Of a stretch of 64,000 nt of DNA, positions 37,473 to 52,136 are shown piece after piece. How positions within the stretch are numbered: the first letter of the stretch is position 1; every line of letters begins with the position of its first letter. The position numbers and the translations under genes were made by a program. This DNA is from Marsupella aquatica. Taxonomy: Eukaryota > Plantae > Marchantiophyta. The stretch covers positions 27,600,210-27,664,209 of the forward strand of contig OZ316893.1 of NCBI GenBank assembly GCA_973895155.1. Direction: 5' to 3'. The notes under the pieces are model-generated. The model did no database searches, was not told the DNA's origin, and saw only the letters and a list, made by a program, of their open reading frames with translations.

Positions 37473-39339
37473 TCAAGTGGTATTCCGTTCAATGTGTCGG
37501 AGAATCCTTTCTTCCGTGAAGCAGTCACAGAAACCTCAAAAGGGATTGTAAATGGATATTCTCTTCCGGGTATGCGAAATTTGCAAATAAAATTATTGGA
37601 AGAGGCTAGAGTTGATCTTACAAAGGACATGACAAAAACAATGAAGGAGGCAAAATCCTTTGGATATTCCCTTTCATCCGATGGATGGGAAAATATCCGA
37701 AGAGAACCTTTGATGAATGTCATGTTATTGAGTTTAAAAGGAGACTTCTTTTTGGATAGTTGGAATGCTGCACAAGCCGACAAGAAAGATGGGAAGTATC
37801 TTGGTGACATGTGGTTAAAATACATAGATGACATTGGCGCTGATCACATCATACAAATTGCTACCAATGGGATGCTTGCAAATCGTGAAGCAAGTGAAGA
37901 GATAGTTGTGAAAAACTATCCGCATGTGACGTGGAGTTGGTGTGCTGCCCACGTGTTTAATTTGTTGCTATAAGACATGTGTGGCCACAAGAATCTAGTG
38001 TTAGATGAGCGGAAAAAAAATCCATTCAAATTAATTTTTAAGCACTTGAGATGGATAGTTAAAGCAATTACATCATCACAAAAGTTGTCTGCAATATTTA
38101 TGAGGAAATTTGGTTATAGAAAGTTGTTAAATCCAAATGCAACGAGATTTGCAAAAAAAAAATTAATGGCGCAGAGAGCATTGGAGTTAAAAGGAGCTTT
38201 ACAACAAGTGGTCATTGATGATAAATGGCAATCATATCGTGATCGGCTGCCAGTTTGACCAAAGTCACAGGGGCATATGACGAGGGCAAAGGCAGACGAA
38301 CTTAAATCGTGGATACAGCAAGATACATTTTGGGCTCAAGTAAAATCTACAGTTGCTTTTTTCCTGCCGTTGGTGAAGATGTTGCAGGAATTTGATGGAG
38401 TTTCACCACAGTCTCCTTGGCTATATTGGAGCTTGAAAAAAGGAATAGCTAAACTGGAGGCGAGCATGGAGGGGTGTACATTAGTAACGAATTACTTAAA
38501 ACCAAAGATAATGAAAGTGTATATGGATCAACGAAAATCACTTACTACTGATTTCATATTAGCAACAGCATATCTGAATCCTCAATTTTTCTTTGATGAA
38601 GATGAAGATGTGGCAGGAGATGCAAAACTATGTAGAGGCTTCAATGATTATGTTCGTAGACATGCAGAACACAAGGTGAAGGTAGAAATCAACCATGATC
38701 GAGATGTGATGACACTTATTTCTTACATCCAAATGCAAGCATTTGAGGCTCAATTTTTTTTGCCAAATTCATCGGTTGCAATCAGAGGAGCACAATGCAA
38801 TATTGGGAAATTAAGTTTGGGGGAGTGGTGGCATTTGTATGGGGCTGATTACGCGGAGCTAAGATTAATGGCCAGAAAAATCACGCATCAACAAATGTGT
38901 GCATCTTCATGCAAACAAAATTGAAGTTCGTAGGACTTTATCCATTCAAAAAGCCGTAACATGTTGACCAATGATCGGGCAAAGGACTTAGTTTTTGTAT
39001 TTACAAATTCGAGGGTGCAAAAAGGGCTCATGAAGGTGAGAAACCCTCATACGTCTATGTACAGACGATATGATGAAAGAACAACAACAAATAATGGCCC
39101 GAGGCCTACTTCCATAGAAGGATGTCACAATGAACAACATGGTGTAGCATGTGCGGCTCTTGGAGGATTTTGATACAATTGATGATGCAGATGAGGCTTT
39201 GCAAGGATTGTCATTACACAATGATGGTGACATGTTGACTCGTATTCCACCAGATACTGAAATAAGTGATGCCGAAGAATGGGAAGATGACAAAATAGAT
39301 TTGATGATGTTCCCTATAATCGATGAGTCTCAAATTTAG
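37473..39339 (+). pseudogene. hAT transposase (DUF659 + C-terminal dimerisation domain), 5'-truncated
   Basis: SSGIPFNV..SDGWENIRREPLMN..QIATN..WCAAHVFNLLL..ATRFA..AYLNP..WWHLYG..ASSCKQN*S..IHSKSRN..LVFV; stops at 37971, 38256 and 38922. Confidence 0.92.
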
Positions 39340-39960
39340 GATGACGAGGACTACTCATCTGATGCAAACTTTGTAATGTCTCCCTAACCAAACTCATCCT
39401 TCACATACCCAACATTGAATCTACAAAAGGATGTCCAAGCAAGTACTTCCTACTTATTTCAACGACGAGGTGTTGCATCAGAGCTCTGTCCAGAGAGAAC
39501 AACACCAATTTTGTTTGCGCAACCTAATGATGCACAGTGGGGCAACATGCTTCTCCAACAGTAAATATGTATGAAAGGCAAAATATGACAAATCCATACA
39601 CATCAAACATACATGCTCGTGTTTGTGCATTTCAAGAATATCATAGCGCAGATCCGGTCCAATGGATGACAAGACAATTTCAATTCAATCGACAGTTGTA
39701 AGAAAATGAGAACAATAACAGAAGGCACTTTTCCTCACAACCTTGACTTCTGTTTAGGTATTATATATAGGCTAGTACTATACGAAAAACTATGCTATAC
39801 TCTACCAGATTGTGCATGTCCTATGCAACAAATACTATGCAATAAAATATGTTATACTAAACATTGTGTATGCAATCTAGTCATTCCGATTCTCCTTGTC
39901 TTGCATTTTTATTTTCACTTCCGTCAGTTGCTGACGACTGCAATGATGACGAATAGATTG

Positions 39961-41846
39961 CTACATATTTTGCTCATCTGTTGTTGGTCGATTAGCCATT
40001 GCATATTCCTTCCACTGTTGGAATCTACCATTGAATAACAAATTGTCAAAGTCACCATCTGACAAGTTGTATTCATTGACTGTGAAGTTGTCAATAGGCC
40101 TTGAATCAATGTGTGTCATTACAATACTCTCTTGAGTCATTTCTTCACTGTCTTGTTGTGTCTCCATTGGTGACATTTGTTTTAACAAACCCCGTTGTTC
40201 ATACTCTCATTCATGAAATGGTTTCTGACACCAACATTTCCGGCTCTTCTTCATCCACCTAAACAAGCAAGCATGATGCCATAAGTGACCGCATGTTCCC
40301 AAAATGGAAACAGATTCGGGACCCCATGGATACAAGCACCAAGTACATCTTCCATCTTTTTTTCAAAAAAATTGGGCCATACTCTCATCGCTCTTCCACT
40401 TGTTGAAAAATTTCTCAACATCTTCTGGATCAACTTTCACATCCGGAAAAAGGTTAGATTGTCTCGTAGGATCAATCATTTGCAAATTCATATAATTGTA
40501 GTTGTTGCATCTTGATTTTTCCTTGTCTGACTGACCATCCATCTCAGCAGTGTTCATTTGCTCAATCTTCTCTTGCAGATTGCTTATGATCACCTCTTGT
40601 GATGCAACTTGATTCTTTAAATCAAGAATGATTCTATCTGCCTCTTAAAATTGCATCATTTTACTACATTGACCATCCTTTTGGGCAAGTTGTTTCTTGA
40701 GCCTTGCAATCTCCTCCATCTTATCGTATAGTTGCACTTTGTATTCCTTCACCTCTGAAGTAGTCGTAGTTTGAATAGGCATTTTTTCCATTGCTTTCAT
40801 CTTCATAACATTATCTTGCAACTTTGACTTGTAGTAGTCAATGCTGCCAATTTCACAAAGCTCAAGACAAAATTTTGTGCGAAGATTGTTCCCGATCAAT
40901 TGACCAATCTCTGTGCCCAAACTCTTGCACACAATCTCCATGCTCAGTGATTCTTTCTTTGGATCTAAAACACCAGTGAACTTTCCTGGTACATTGTTAT
41001 TTGTAGAGGCAGTTGGAATGTTTGATCTTTTTTCCATATGTTTTGTTGCACCGTAACTTTTGAATATAGTGAAAAGTCGTTCCAATGCAGTCGGCTTATC
41101 TCTCTGATACACATGAATGTCTTGCGTATCATCTATCTTTCTTTTGGACCCTTTGTTGGTTTCTTGTGCCGAGATATCTTTTGCAGTAGAACTCTTCTTA
41201 ATACCTGCAATGTCCAAGACAGACTGATGCACAGTGTGAGTCATCTTGCCTTCTTCCGTTTTCCAACGGTAATCCACCTTCCACTTGAGGATGAATTCAA
41301 CAATTAGGAGTCTGAGAAATGGCGGATAAACCAAACTCATTTTGCCCTGCGCCTTTTTTGAAGCATACTCTCAAAATCGTTGTTGCTAATGCTTCTCAAT
41401 CTCCACATGTGTGACCTTCGACATGGTGTACTTCTCTTGCAACCAAGATCTTGTGGACCATAAATTTTCATCATCAAAAATGATTTTCATAAATTTGTGG
41501 AACTCCACATGCGACATCAATATTTCCAATTCTTGGCGTTAATGGGGCATTCATTGTGAGGAGGTTTCACATTTGGCATTATGATATTCCATTCAACATC
41601 TTTGGTGTCCTCATCCATTTTGGTTTTGCTTTGCTTTGCATTGTTGCTACTCATTCCCATGTCCTCATCCGTGGGTTGAGAATCCATGGGTTGAGAATCT
41701 ATTACAACATACTCTTCCATAGCATAGTCGTGTAAATATTGGGCATACCCATCCTTTGTACAAGGTTTATCCTCTTCATCAGATTCCAATTCCCATTTTC
41801 TCATCTTTGCAAGATCTACAATGACATAAACATATTTAGCATTCAT
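39961..41846 (-). pseudogene. Decayed unknown protein with coiled-coil segment (possibly downstream exons of the kinase gene)
   Basis: Chain of same-strand ORFs (41517, 40645, 40363, 40251, 39961) broken by stops and frameshifts; coiled-coil-like YKVQLYDKMEEIARLKKQLAQKD. Confidence 0.45.
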
Positions 41847-41999
41847 TCACCATTTAACCATCAAGGTAAAAATCATAACAATACACAATGAAGCAAAATG
41901 ATAAAAACATTTAAAGTCATATGACATGATTGAATAGATGATAGTTCATGTCATATCTCATTGTCATTCTTGAAGAACTACGTAATCCTTAATCTCTAA

Positions 42000-43352
42000 G
42001 ATAAGAACTACTGTGCTGCACTAATCTACAGTCCTAGAATATCCTCATCATTCTCAAACTCCAATGAACGCAATCCATTCTTTTACTAACATCAGTGGCC
42101 ATCATGTCACGTATCATACTCTCCAATTTAGGACCATGCTCTCTAGCATTCCAACCCTTATTCAAATATCGTGTCATTGGGCCCATTCCATCCCATTTTC
42201 TGTAAGTAATGTTTCAAAAACATTGCTCAAAGCATATATATCAGTTGTTTGGCTGTACTCTGCTGGATCAGGTTGAACTAACTCAAGCGCCAATTGAGTA
42301 TATTGTTTCTGATAGGCCACAGCTTTCTCTGCTTGAGTGGGCCACATTTGATTATGTGGTAATGTGCATTGTGATTTGTGTTTGGACAACCCAAAATCAC
42401 ATATTCCAATATAAACTCTGATTGCCAAATCATCCTCGTGATCAAAGTGAAGAAGGATATTTCCAAAGTGAAGGTCATAATGGAAACGGCAGTGTGCATG
42501 CAAGTATTGCAAGGTCTCCAATAAAGTCATAGCAATCCCCAAACGATGTTCCAAAAAAAGTTTCTTTTTGGATATGAATATGACATCGACTTCATAAGTA
42601 GATTGTGACTTTCCCTTGCTCTTACTCCACTTCCCACACTTATCTATGAAGCTTCCCAAGTCGCCTCCATTGTAATGATCATAGATAAGTTTGAGTGGAT
42701 CTTCGATGGTCATTGCCAAGGCCCCAATGATTCCTTTATGATTCAAGCCTCCCATTAGCACTTCTTGTAAAGCATCTGTTTGTCTAAGTTTGTGTCGGTC
42801 TCCATCCTTGAATCGTTTTGCAACTAGTATTGCATTTTGAGGAATCAATGGGCAATCCAATATATGACATATGAACACATGTCCTTGGATGCCGCTTCCA
42901 ATGCGATGCAAATTTTGTACTTGCTCCCTCCTCAAGAAATGAATACTCATGACCATGGGAAGAACTCGTGATGGATGCGTTCCTCTATCTGCAACTTCCA
43001 TGCCAATCTCTCCAAACTGCACGATCTTGCTCGCATATTTGACATTACTCTCCGATTTGGCCATTGCTAACTCTTTGCTCCATTTTGCTAGCAAATCTCT
43101 TCTATGTGTGTATAGCCCAGGAACTCCAAGCATGACGGACCCAGCCTCATCCAAATTGATTTCCAACTTGTCCCAAAGATTTACCGCAAAGTTCAACGCC
43201 AGATGTTCAACAAATCCACCCGGCTTCTCATTGAAATCACTTATTAAGGCAGCAATTTCATCTTGGGTCATGTCTTCTTCTTTCTCCATAGTCTCACTCA
43301 TGCAACGCCCCATGTCATTTAAAAGGTTTTTGTAACCCTCTGCTCCATGCAT
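42000..43352 (-). pseudogene. Protein kinase domain (atypical, decayed)
   Basis: IGSGIQGHV (Gly loop), VAKRF, YNGGDL, YLH..HYDLHFGNILL, ICDFGLS, DIYAL; premature stop at 42174. Confidence 0.85.
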
Positions 43353-43787
43353 GGCATACTTCCTCTCAAAGCCATCCTACTGATACTGTGCTGACAAAGT
43401 GTAGGGATATAGAATCTTTTTGCAAATCGCAACTAACACATGTTGCCTTATTTCTTTCAATGCAGCACCAATTGCTCCTCCTGTGTGTTTTTGTTTCCCT
43501 AAGGTTTTGCCATGTTTATAGATTTCTAAGGTTTTGTGAGCATTCCTTAGGGCATTGAGGGCATGAGGATCTGGTTGGTATTCCTCGTTAGCATGGTCTT
43601 CATTGCCTCAAAAAGTTTCATATACTCTACACTCACATGTGCAGCAACCATGTTCTCAAGTAACCACAACAAGTTGTAGGACAAAGAATAGGCGCTTACA
43701 GAGTGTGTTGGCTGCTTGTCGAGGGTACGGATGATGCAAGTACAATGAAGCTAGATCAAGAATCCTGAAATGTCATTTTACACTTTG

Positions 43788-43999
43788 TGTTGGTACCAAT
43801 AATACCCAAGTGTTTTATTCAATGTATTCACCAACAATGATCACGCTTCTCTTAGGAGTGTAAGAATATATGGGTTACATTGATGGGCAGTTATGTAACT
43901 GCCCTAACTCCTAATTGTCACTTAGAGTGTAATCTACATCTTATAACACTCCCCCTTGGTTCTTTGAAGTGATTAGAAAAAGAACCACTCTATGGAGAT
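43788..43999 (-). mobile_element. 3' LTR (43788-43948) and PPT of a second Bianca-like copia, interrupted by the Sola-like element
   Basis: On the minus strand it reads CAAGGGGGAG|TGTTATAAG...TACCAACA, the same PPT/LTR start as the first Bianca. The continuation at 63839-64000 carries the Bianca 3'-UTR motif. Confidence 0.8.
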
Positions 44000-44751
44000 T
44001 GTAGGCCTTTTGCAAGTTAGAGGGGGTCCAAAGGGTGCAAGTTTTGGCACCTTTTAGTAGTGGACTAAGTATCAATAAGTAAATGTTTATGGGTCTCCAA
44101 GTAATAAACTCTGGTTACCAACCCTCATAACTAAGGTTAAAGGATAATCAAAATAATGCAAGCACCGTTGATGTTTACTCATCCATCGGTCAGGTGTGAG
44201 CAGCGTTTCCAAACTTGTACCTTGAGTTAGAAAATACATTGCGACCGTTAGATGAGATCTAACGGTGATCATGTATGAGGTACGCCATTGCAAAAGTGCA
44301 GGAGAATCGAATGCCCAACTTTGAACAGAGTGCGATGCGGCGATGTGAAGGAGAATGCGATGTGAAAGGAAATGCTCAAGGCGCGATGTGAAGGAAATGC
44401 CCCGAGGCCTGAATGTGTGAAGGAAATGAGACGACGAGAAGATTTTGTCGAAGCCGTTTGTTTGAGGCTGCAAACTGCAGGGATGCGGAAGTTCAAGGCT
44501 GTGAGGCTGCGAGGCTGCAAGGCTGCAAAAGTCTGAGGCTGTGGGGTTGCAGACATTCAAGGCTGCGGGGTTGCGGACGTTCAAGGCTACGGACGTTTGA
44601 GGTTGCGGAAGCTTGAGGCTTGCTTTCGGCTCATTCTTTCATTGCTTGCTCAAATGTTCTCAAGAGTTTGAGGCTGAATGTTTTGCTTCAACATTGGTAG
44701 AAGAGGTCGCTCATTGAGGTTGGGGGCATTGGAGGTGGGAAGGTGGGAGCG

Positions 44752-47515
44752 ATGGCATCCAAAGGGCAGGAACTGATAGAGGTTGTAGTGGCAGAAGAGG
44801 CAGGGGAGACTCAAGTTAAGGTGAGCAGCAATAGCGGCAAGGCAGACCGGTCACGGAAGTGCTCTATGAGCAGCAGTAGTTCTGTGAAGACAGAGAGCGA
44901 GAAATCTGCAAAGCTTGTACCACTCCAGAAAGGAAAGGCCGTTGCTGATCCTTCCAATGACGAGTGGATTCCTTGGCGGGAGGAAGACTTCAGGAAACCT
45001 AAAGATTATTGGACCAAAGTATGTTGTCTTCCTGACCACGGGCTGAAACCTGGTGCAATCCCAGATTCTCTCGTCTCCAAGGCTATGCTACAGAAGTGTT
45101 TTGGAGCGTTATCCCATAACGGCGCTCACCTGAGTACTTGCACAGGCATTCCGTAGGAGGAAATAGTGCATTTGACGCAGGTTTTGGATGGGCACGAAAG
45201 CAGCCCTTTGAATGGGATGTTGGGCAAGACTTTAATAAAGGGTCTGTATGCTCATTTTGTTCTTTGGAAACTTGTGAATTGGGCTTCTTTTGCTGATATC
45301 AAGCATAAGAATCAGATTCACAAAGCCTTCACGGACAAGAAACCAAAACCATTTGGTCCGCCGATTGTAAGGCCAGATATTGTTTACAAGCAGCCGAGTC
45401 AATGTAGTCTGGAACGCGTTGAAGCTACAGCTGGGCAGGACGACGAGAAGATTGCTCCTGCAATGACAACAAAGGAGCCCCCATCTGCTCCAGCAACCAC
45501 ATCTATCGCATCCCTGAGAAGTACTGTTTTCTCATCTATATGTACCGCCAAGGTCCCTCCAGAAACTACTGAGAAGTATGAACTTCAGCAAGGAACTTTT
45601 GTTTGTGTCATGTTGGATTGCTTGGATAGTGAAATCGAATCCCTGAAAGTTCATCGTCTGAAAGTTTTGGAAAGTATCAAAGAGGTCACCCGGGTGGTTG
45701 AGAAGCATGCACAGTTGGTGGAAGAAAATCAGAAGAATATCGAGCAGGTTGAAGCTCATATTCCTACTCAGCAGGCCAAATTAGATGCGAGGGAAAGAGA
45801 GCTGCAAATTGTTTTGGACAAGAAGGAGGCCGTGGCAATGGAGCTTGACGACTGCAAAGCAGACATGGATGAACAGGTAGATAATAGTGTTGCATTATGA
45901 ATTTCTTTCACAACTGTTACAATCTGTTCTTGCTGTAATTATAGCAGATACTAACAACTTGATTTCGGGGATGTGTAGGACCATGATGCTCAGGAGCAGG
46001 TGCAGGAATTAGAGCAACAGGACAATGATCTCGCAGAAGAACTGGTCAAACTTGAGTCTGAGGTACCATTCCTTACATTCTGGTAGTAGGTATTTCTGTG
46101 GATGTAAATCACAGTTGAGGAGATATCCTGTTTTTGCCGGAATGATATCGTATTTAGGAGTCTTTACTCCCACATTGCCATCAAGGTTAGCTGTCAATAT
46201 TACCATGATTTGTTCTAAACTATGACGATTAATTTTGGCACAGGTTCAAATGCTGCAAAAGGGCATCGCTGATGCTAACTCATAAGTTAAGGCCTTGGGA
46301 GTTTCAGCAAGTTGGGCAAGTACAGAGAAGGAGAAAGGAGTGCAAAGACTCAAGGATCTGACAACTAGGCAACAGGGCTATGATCAGAGTTTGGAATGTT
46401 GCGAGGCTGAGAAGAAATCACTTACAGACCATTTTCAGGGGGAGTTTCATTCCTTGAAACCTCAATTCATTCCAACGGCTCTGCAATTACGACAACATCT
46501 GTTCAAGATGTCTCCATGTACCGTGTGTTTCCTGGGGTTTCACTGCCAAAATTTTATTCCCACCTCATGTGGGCATTGTTACCATCCAGCGTGTCTTGTG
46601 CCTTTAGTATCAAAATCTGACTGTGAAACTCCACGATGTGTAGCTTGTGATGAAATTTTTCACCCTCATTGGTTGCAAAGTTGGGGCTTGGTGCATTCAT
46701 CTCCAGAATTGATTGCATTGGAGGTAACGTTGGGGTTGGGAGGTCAGACAAAGTCTTTTGAGAAACAATTGCGGGACTTGTACAGAGAGGGGGGTGAAAA
46801 GCTGAAGGCCAGGCAAGATAAGGAGAGAGACCGGCAGAAGACTCTGACTGTAAAATATTCCAAGGTATTTTAGCTAGTGTGGTATGGTTTTACTTTGTAT
46901 GTCTTGGCTTGCTAGTGTGCCACATGTATAGCATCAAGGTATGTCTTGGTCGTCAACACCATTGCTATTGTTGTGACCGGGTGGTTTTCTGTGTGGTGTT
47001 TGTAGGAGGAGGGGGATAGTCAAGTTGCATTTGAAGACATCAAGCGAAAGGCACAGTTGATTCAATTGTCTTCCACAACTAAATATGTAATAGATCTAGA
47101 TTCTCTGGATCTACCATGTGGAGAGGGAAGTCCATTGAAGAAACGACCTGGGCGAAGGAAATAGTCTATTGGAAGTTCAGGGCAGTCAAATCCTGTAGTG
47201 AAGGTGGAGCCCGGGAGTGTGGTGGCATCGGTGGATAGCCAATCAAAGGAGGGAACTCCCGAGAAGAAAGCCCCAGGCAGAAAGAGGAAGAGTCAAGATC
47301 TGATTACTGGGGACTTTGCCCAAAGGAAAGTTGTCACTCGTCATGACTCCCTTTCATTAGCAGAGAGAGGAACTGTGGACGATAGCCTTGCTAGTATGAA
47401 CGACAGGCTAGTAGTGATGAATTTGTCTGATGTGGTATCACCACCTATATGTAGTGCAAAAGGGAAAGGAAGGCCAAACGCGAAAGAGTCTAAGAAGAAA
47501 CTCGATTTAACTTGA
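44752..47515 (+). pseudogene. Multi-exon cargo gene with coiled coil and RING-H2 finger
   Basis: CTVC-x12-CGHCYHPAC-x13-CVAC (~46517-46648). Introns at about 45877-45979, 46063-46243 and 46865-47005. Premature TAG at 45154 and 47162. Confidence 0.75.
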
Positions 47516-48159
47516 TACGAGTTTGAGACTCTAGTAATGTGGTTCCTGCCGTAGTTGGCAAAGATGCCTAAATACAGGCTGTGTTATATATTTTACAAGT
47601 TTTGGATTACGAGATATGGAAGCCAGCAAGTAGGTTTACAGACTGCCTTCACGCAGGTGTATTTCTCAGATCATTTCTTTGGTGTTGCATGTAAGTGTTT
47701 AGTTTTCCAGGTTTCAGATTTCAGGTTTCAGTTCTCCAGGTTGCGGTATAGTGATACGGGTTCTCATTGAGAATCCATGAAATTTTGCTGACTGTTTGTT
47801 TGTCTGTGCAGGAAGCCACTAAGTTGCAAGATAACGTCTACCAGGAGTTTTGGCTAAGGGATACTTTCTCTACTTGGTAGTTTGGTTTATAGTTTTGAGT
47901 ACACACTGGTCTTTGAATGTGGGTAATGTTGCTACTTGCTATATAGACTATTTTTCATGTGGACTACTTTGTTACCAAGACTGCTTTGTACAATAAAACT
48001 GGTTTAGACTTGTATTAATTACTTGGTCATTTACTTGTTACTGGTAGTACGTACTTAATATTACGCAATATTGGTATTCTCTATTTTTTGATAATACTTA
48101 ATAGTACCTACTTAGTACTGATAGTGCTTAATACTACTTAGACTACTTGTCACTGAAGA

Positions 48160-49290
48160 GCACTAGTACTACTTGGGCCAGACATTAATTTGTTAATGAT
48201 AGTACTTTACAGTACTTGTTACTGATGAGAGCGTTGGTATTACTTGGGCCAGACCTCCAGTTACTTGTTACTGATAGTACTTAGCAGTACTTGTTACTGA
48301 AGATAGTGTTGGTATTACTTGGGCCAGACCTTTACCTGTTACTGATAGTACTTAATAATAGTATTAGTAAGATAGCGCAGCTGGTATTACTTGGGCCAGA
48401 CCTTTACTTGTTACTGATAGTACTTAATTAATAGTACTATTAGTAAAGATAGCCCTGGTATTACTTGGGCCAGACCTTTACCTGTTACTGATAGTACTTA
48501 ATAATAGTATTAGTAAGATAGCGCAGCTGGTATTACTTGGGCCAGACCTTTACTTGTTACTGATAGTACTTAATTAATAGTACTATTAGTAAAGATAGCC
48601 CTGGTATTACTTGGGCCAGACCTTTACCTGTTACTGATAGTACTTAATAATAGTATTAGTAAGATAGCGCAGCTGGTATTACTTGGGCCAGACCTTTACT
48701 TGTTACTGATAGTACTTAATTAATAGTACTATTAGTAAAGATAGCGCTGGTATTACTTGGGCCAGACCTTTACTTGTTACTGGTAGTACTTAATTAATAG
48801 TACTATTAGTAAGGATAGCACTGGTATTACTTGGGCCAGACCTTTACTTGTTACTGATAGTACTTAATAGTACTATTAGTAAACATAACGCTGGTATTAC
48901 TTGGGCTCGACCTTTACTTGTTAGTGATAGTACTTAATAGTACTATTAGTAAAGACAGCGCTGGTATTACTTGGGCTAGATCTAAGTTACTTGTTGCTGC
49001 TAGTACTTAACTGACAGTACTTGTTACTGAAGAGAGCACTAGTATTACTTGGGCCAGACCTTTACTTGTTAAGTCTGATCGTACTTGATATTACTTCTTA
49101 CTGAAGAGAGCAATGTTATTAATTGGGCCAGACATTTACTTGTTACTGATAGTACTTCTTACTGAAAATTAAGAGCACTGGAGACTATTACTTGGGCCAG
49201 ACCTTTACTGGTTATTGTAGTACTTAGTAGTACTTGTTAGTGAATAGAGCATTGGTTCTTTGTATGTTTTGGTTCAGACCTTTACTTACC
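48160..49290. repeat. Tandem satellite, ~70-78 bp unit with 72+74 bp (146 bp) higher-order dimer
   Basis: GGTATTACTTGGGCCAGACC starts at 48236, 48311, 48383, 48457, 48529, 48603, 48675, 48749, 48823, 48893, 48963 and 49041. Confidence 0.95.
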
Positions 49291-51941
49291 TTGTTACTGG
49301 TACAATTACTTAATAGTAGTTGTTACTGAATCAAGCACTAGTATTACTTGACCGTCCACACCTTGAATTGTTACTGATAGTACTAGATGTCATAATTGTT
49401 AGGTACATATTGATACTTCTACTTGTATTACTTGTTATTGAATTGGTTACTTTACCTTCAGGATGGAATGATTTTTCAGGAGTTTGCTTTGTTTGGTTAT
49501 ATAATTGATACTTGTTACTTATATTACTTGCTACTGTACTGAAATAGAGGATTGGTTGCGGCAGCTTAGAAATACTTAATACTGCTAACTTAGAGTAAGT
49601 TACTTTCCCTGTTTTGTACTGAATAGGTTGTATTTGTTATTTAGAATGACTTTTTACTTATTTGGCCCAGTTTTGGTACTTATTTTAATTGCAACTGAAT
49701 TATGGTACTGGTCTGGTAGAATATGGGCTCTTTAGTACTTTAGATATTGTCTCGTCCTGGACTAATATCGTCTCGTCCTGGTGGTTTTTCCTTTCCAGGT
49801 ACATGGACAGAAAGCTGAACAGTAAGTTCGTGGCACCTACTATTTGAACTTCTCTCTGTTTTGGACTATACCATTTGCCATAGAAACGTTTATTTTACAG
49901 CCCATTGGACTACGCTTTTAAGTCGACATTGACTTCCGCTTGGTTTTGGCTGCGAGTATAATTGTTGTTCTCCCTGATTGTCATCTTGCAGTCAAGCTCA
50001 ATGTCAATCGAAGGGTGGTTAGTGTTCTGTGGGCTTTTGACTAGTTGAAGCTTGTGTTGGACAACACTGTGAAGATCAATGGTAATGAGAAAAATGAGAT
50101 CAGCAAGGTGGTGAGTTTTCTCTAGCTCTGCATCTTCTCATGTTCCCTCTCCCGTATCGTGTCGGACAACAGATTTTCTGTATACTCGCACTTCATTCCT
50201 GTGCACTCCAGTTCTTTCTTGTGTTGCTTTCTTCTACTGGTCAAGTTCACTAGGCTAGGACCTTGCTTTCCCCTGGGCGTTAAAGTTTTTGTGTGCTCCT
50301 GTATTTGGTAACATTGCTTCACTCTTTGTTTCTGAGGTTGATCAGATTGTCGTAATCATGTTTTACAGGTCATGCCAGGGAGTAGTGCAGTGATGATAGA
50401 GGCCCTGGAAAATATGAGATAAGATTTGGCATGTAAACTAGGATTCCCACCCATGTAAGGCGAAGCAGACCTCCTACCTTGTGAGCAGGGGTTACATCTT
50501 AGTATGGCGGATTCATTCCAGAATTAGACAACTAGGGTGACATTCCAGTTGCTCCCAGGCAGCAGGCACCAAGCTCCAGAGATAGTAAGATGTCAAGAGA
50601 AGCTATACCATGTAAAACTTGTTGCTGTAAATTTTGTTGGAAATCAAGAAAGGAAAACCTGTTATAATAGTATACTTGTGATTGAGCTCGTTCTTGAACC
50701 ATTGGGCTCAAATTTGAGCTGAAAATACATTAGCTGTGGTCATCCCTAAAATGTACACTGGTTGACCATCACCTATCAGAGTCAGATAGTACTAGCTAGG
50801 CAAAGAATCGGTATTCTCCATCGATCTGCAGCTTCGTTTCAAAGGATGAAGAAACAAATATTAGACATTAGATCTATAGAGAACTTCAGTACTTGGAAGC
50901 TTCGACTAATTTGGAAGGCTCCCCACTATGGGTCTTTTACAATAGGTGCTCCTTGGTAACTCGGTCTGCTTCTTTGCGCCATTGAATAGACGAGCACGTA
51001 GTGACGGGTAACTCCAGCGCGGTAGTACTCCATTCTAAAATTTGTGAGCATTTTAGTAGCTTTGGTCGAGTCGAGACTCTACGGCCATACACTCGTAACC
51101 GGGAGAAGCAGACTTCCGTGTGTAAGCCTAGCATTTTAATGTTCAATGTTAAAACCAAACCGTTGTGGACAGCCAGCAACTTTAAAATTAAGACTCCAGC
51201 CCAGAGGTTGGTTCATTTCCGAAAGTTGTAATTTTACCTGGGTGTCACATCATTTAATTCATACGTAAAGGGTTTGAAACGTGAGAACTTTTGACACAAA
51301 CAAGATCTTCGAAGCCAATGAGGTCCTACAGCAACACTATGTAATGTGGGAATTAAGGCTGCAAGCACTTATGTAACAGAGTCGCATATGAATTATAGGA
51401 GAATCCACCATAACTTTATCAATACTCTTCAATGCCATGAAGTGGAAGGGGACAAAATTTGTAAGCCTACATAAAAGCCAACTGAGCGCCTGGAACTTCC
51501 ATAGCCTTTGACCGGGTTGCCTACAGGCCTCTCAATCTTAGTACCGACCTCCTCGCTGTAGTCCCCATGTACCTCCATAAGTTTTGTCAGATCAAACTTG
51601 GGAGCCTTCAAAATCTTCACCTTGCGAAACTTGGGAGCTTCAAAATCTTCACCTTGCGCACAATTGTGTTCTGTACAGGGTAGATACCTACGGTAGCCTT
51701 CTCAATTTCCTTTCCGATAACCTCAGGAATGAACTTGGAAACCAGTTCCTTGAGGTCACATTTGTGGGCCTTAGTCATTATCTCTCTCATCTTTCTGCAA
51801 ATAGTTCTGATCTGACTGGACTAAGCGTACAAAGTCCTCTTTATCTGGTTCGGCCTCTTCTTCGTGAAGCTAGTACTATCAATATACTAATAGTACTATC
51901 AAGCTAGTCTTGACATCAATATAGGCAACAATAAGAGACTA

Positions 51942-52136
<195 letters not shown>

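Noticed and set aside
48160-49290. CRISPR-like array (conserved ~40 nt block with variable spacers)
   Set aside because: The spacers are homologous to each other and repeat as dimers, there are no cas genes, and the context is eukaryotic. It is a satellite.
50955-51115. Inverted repeat GTCTGCTTCT/AGAAGCAGAC, possible MITE
   Set aside because: Short match with no TSD or clear boundaries.
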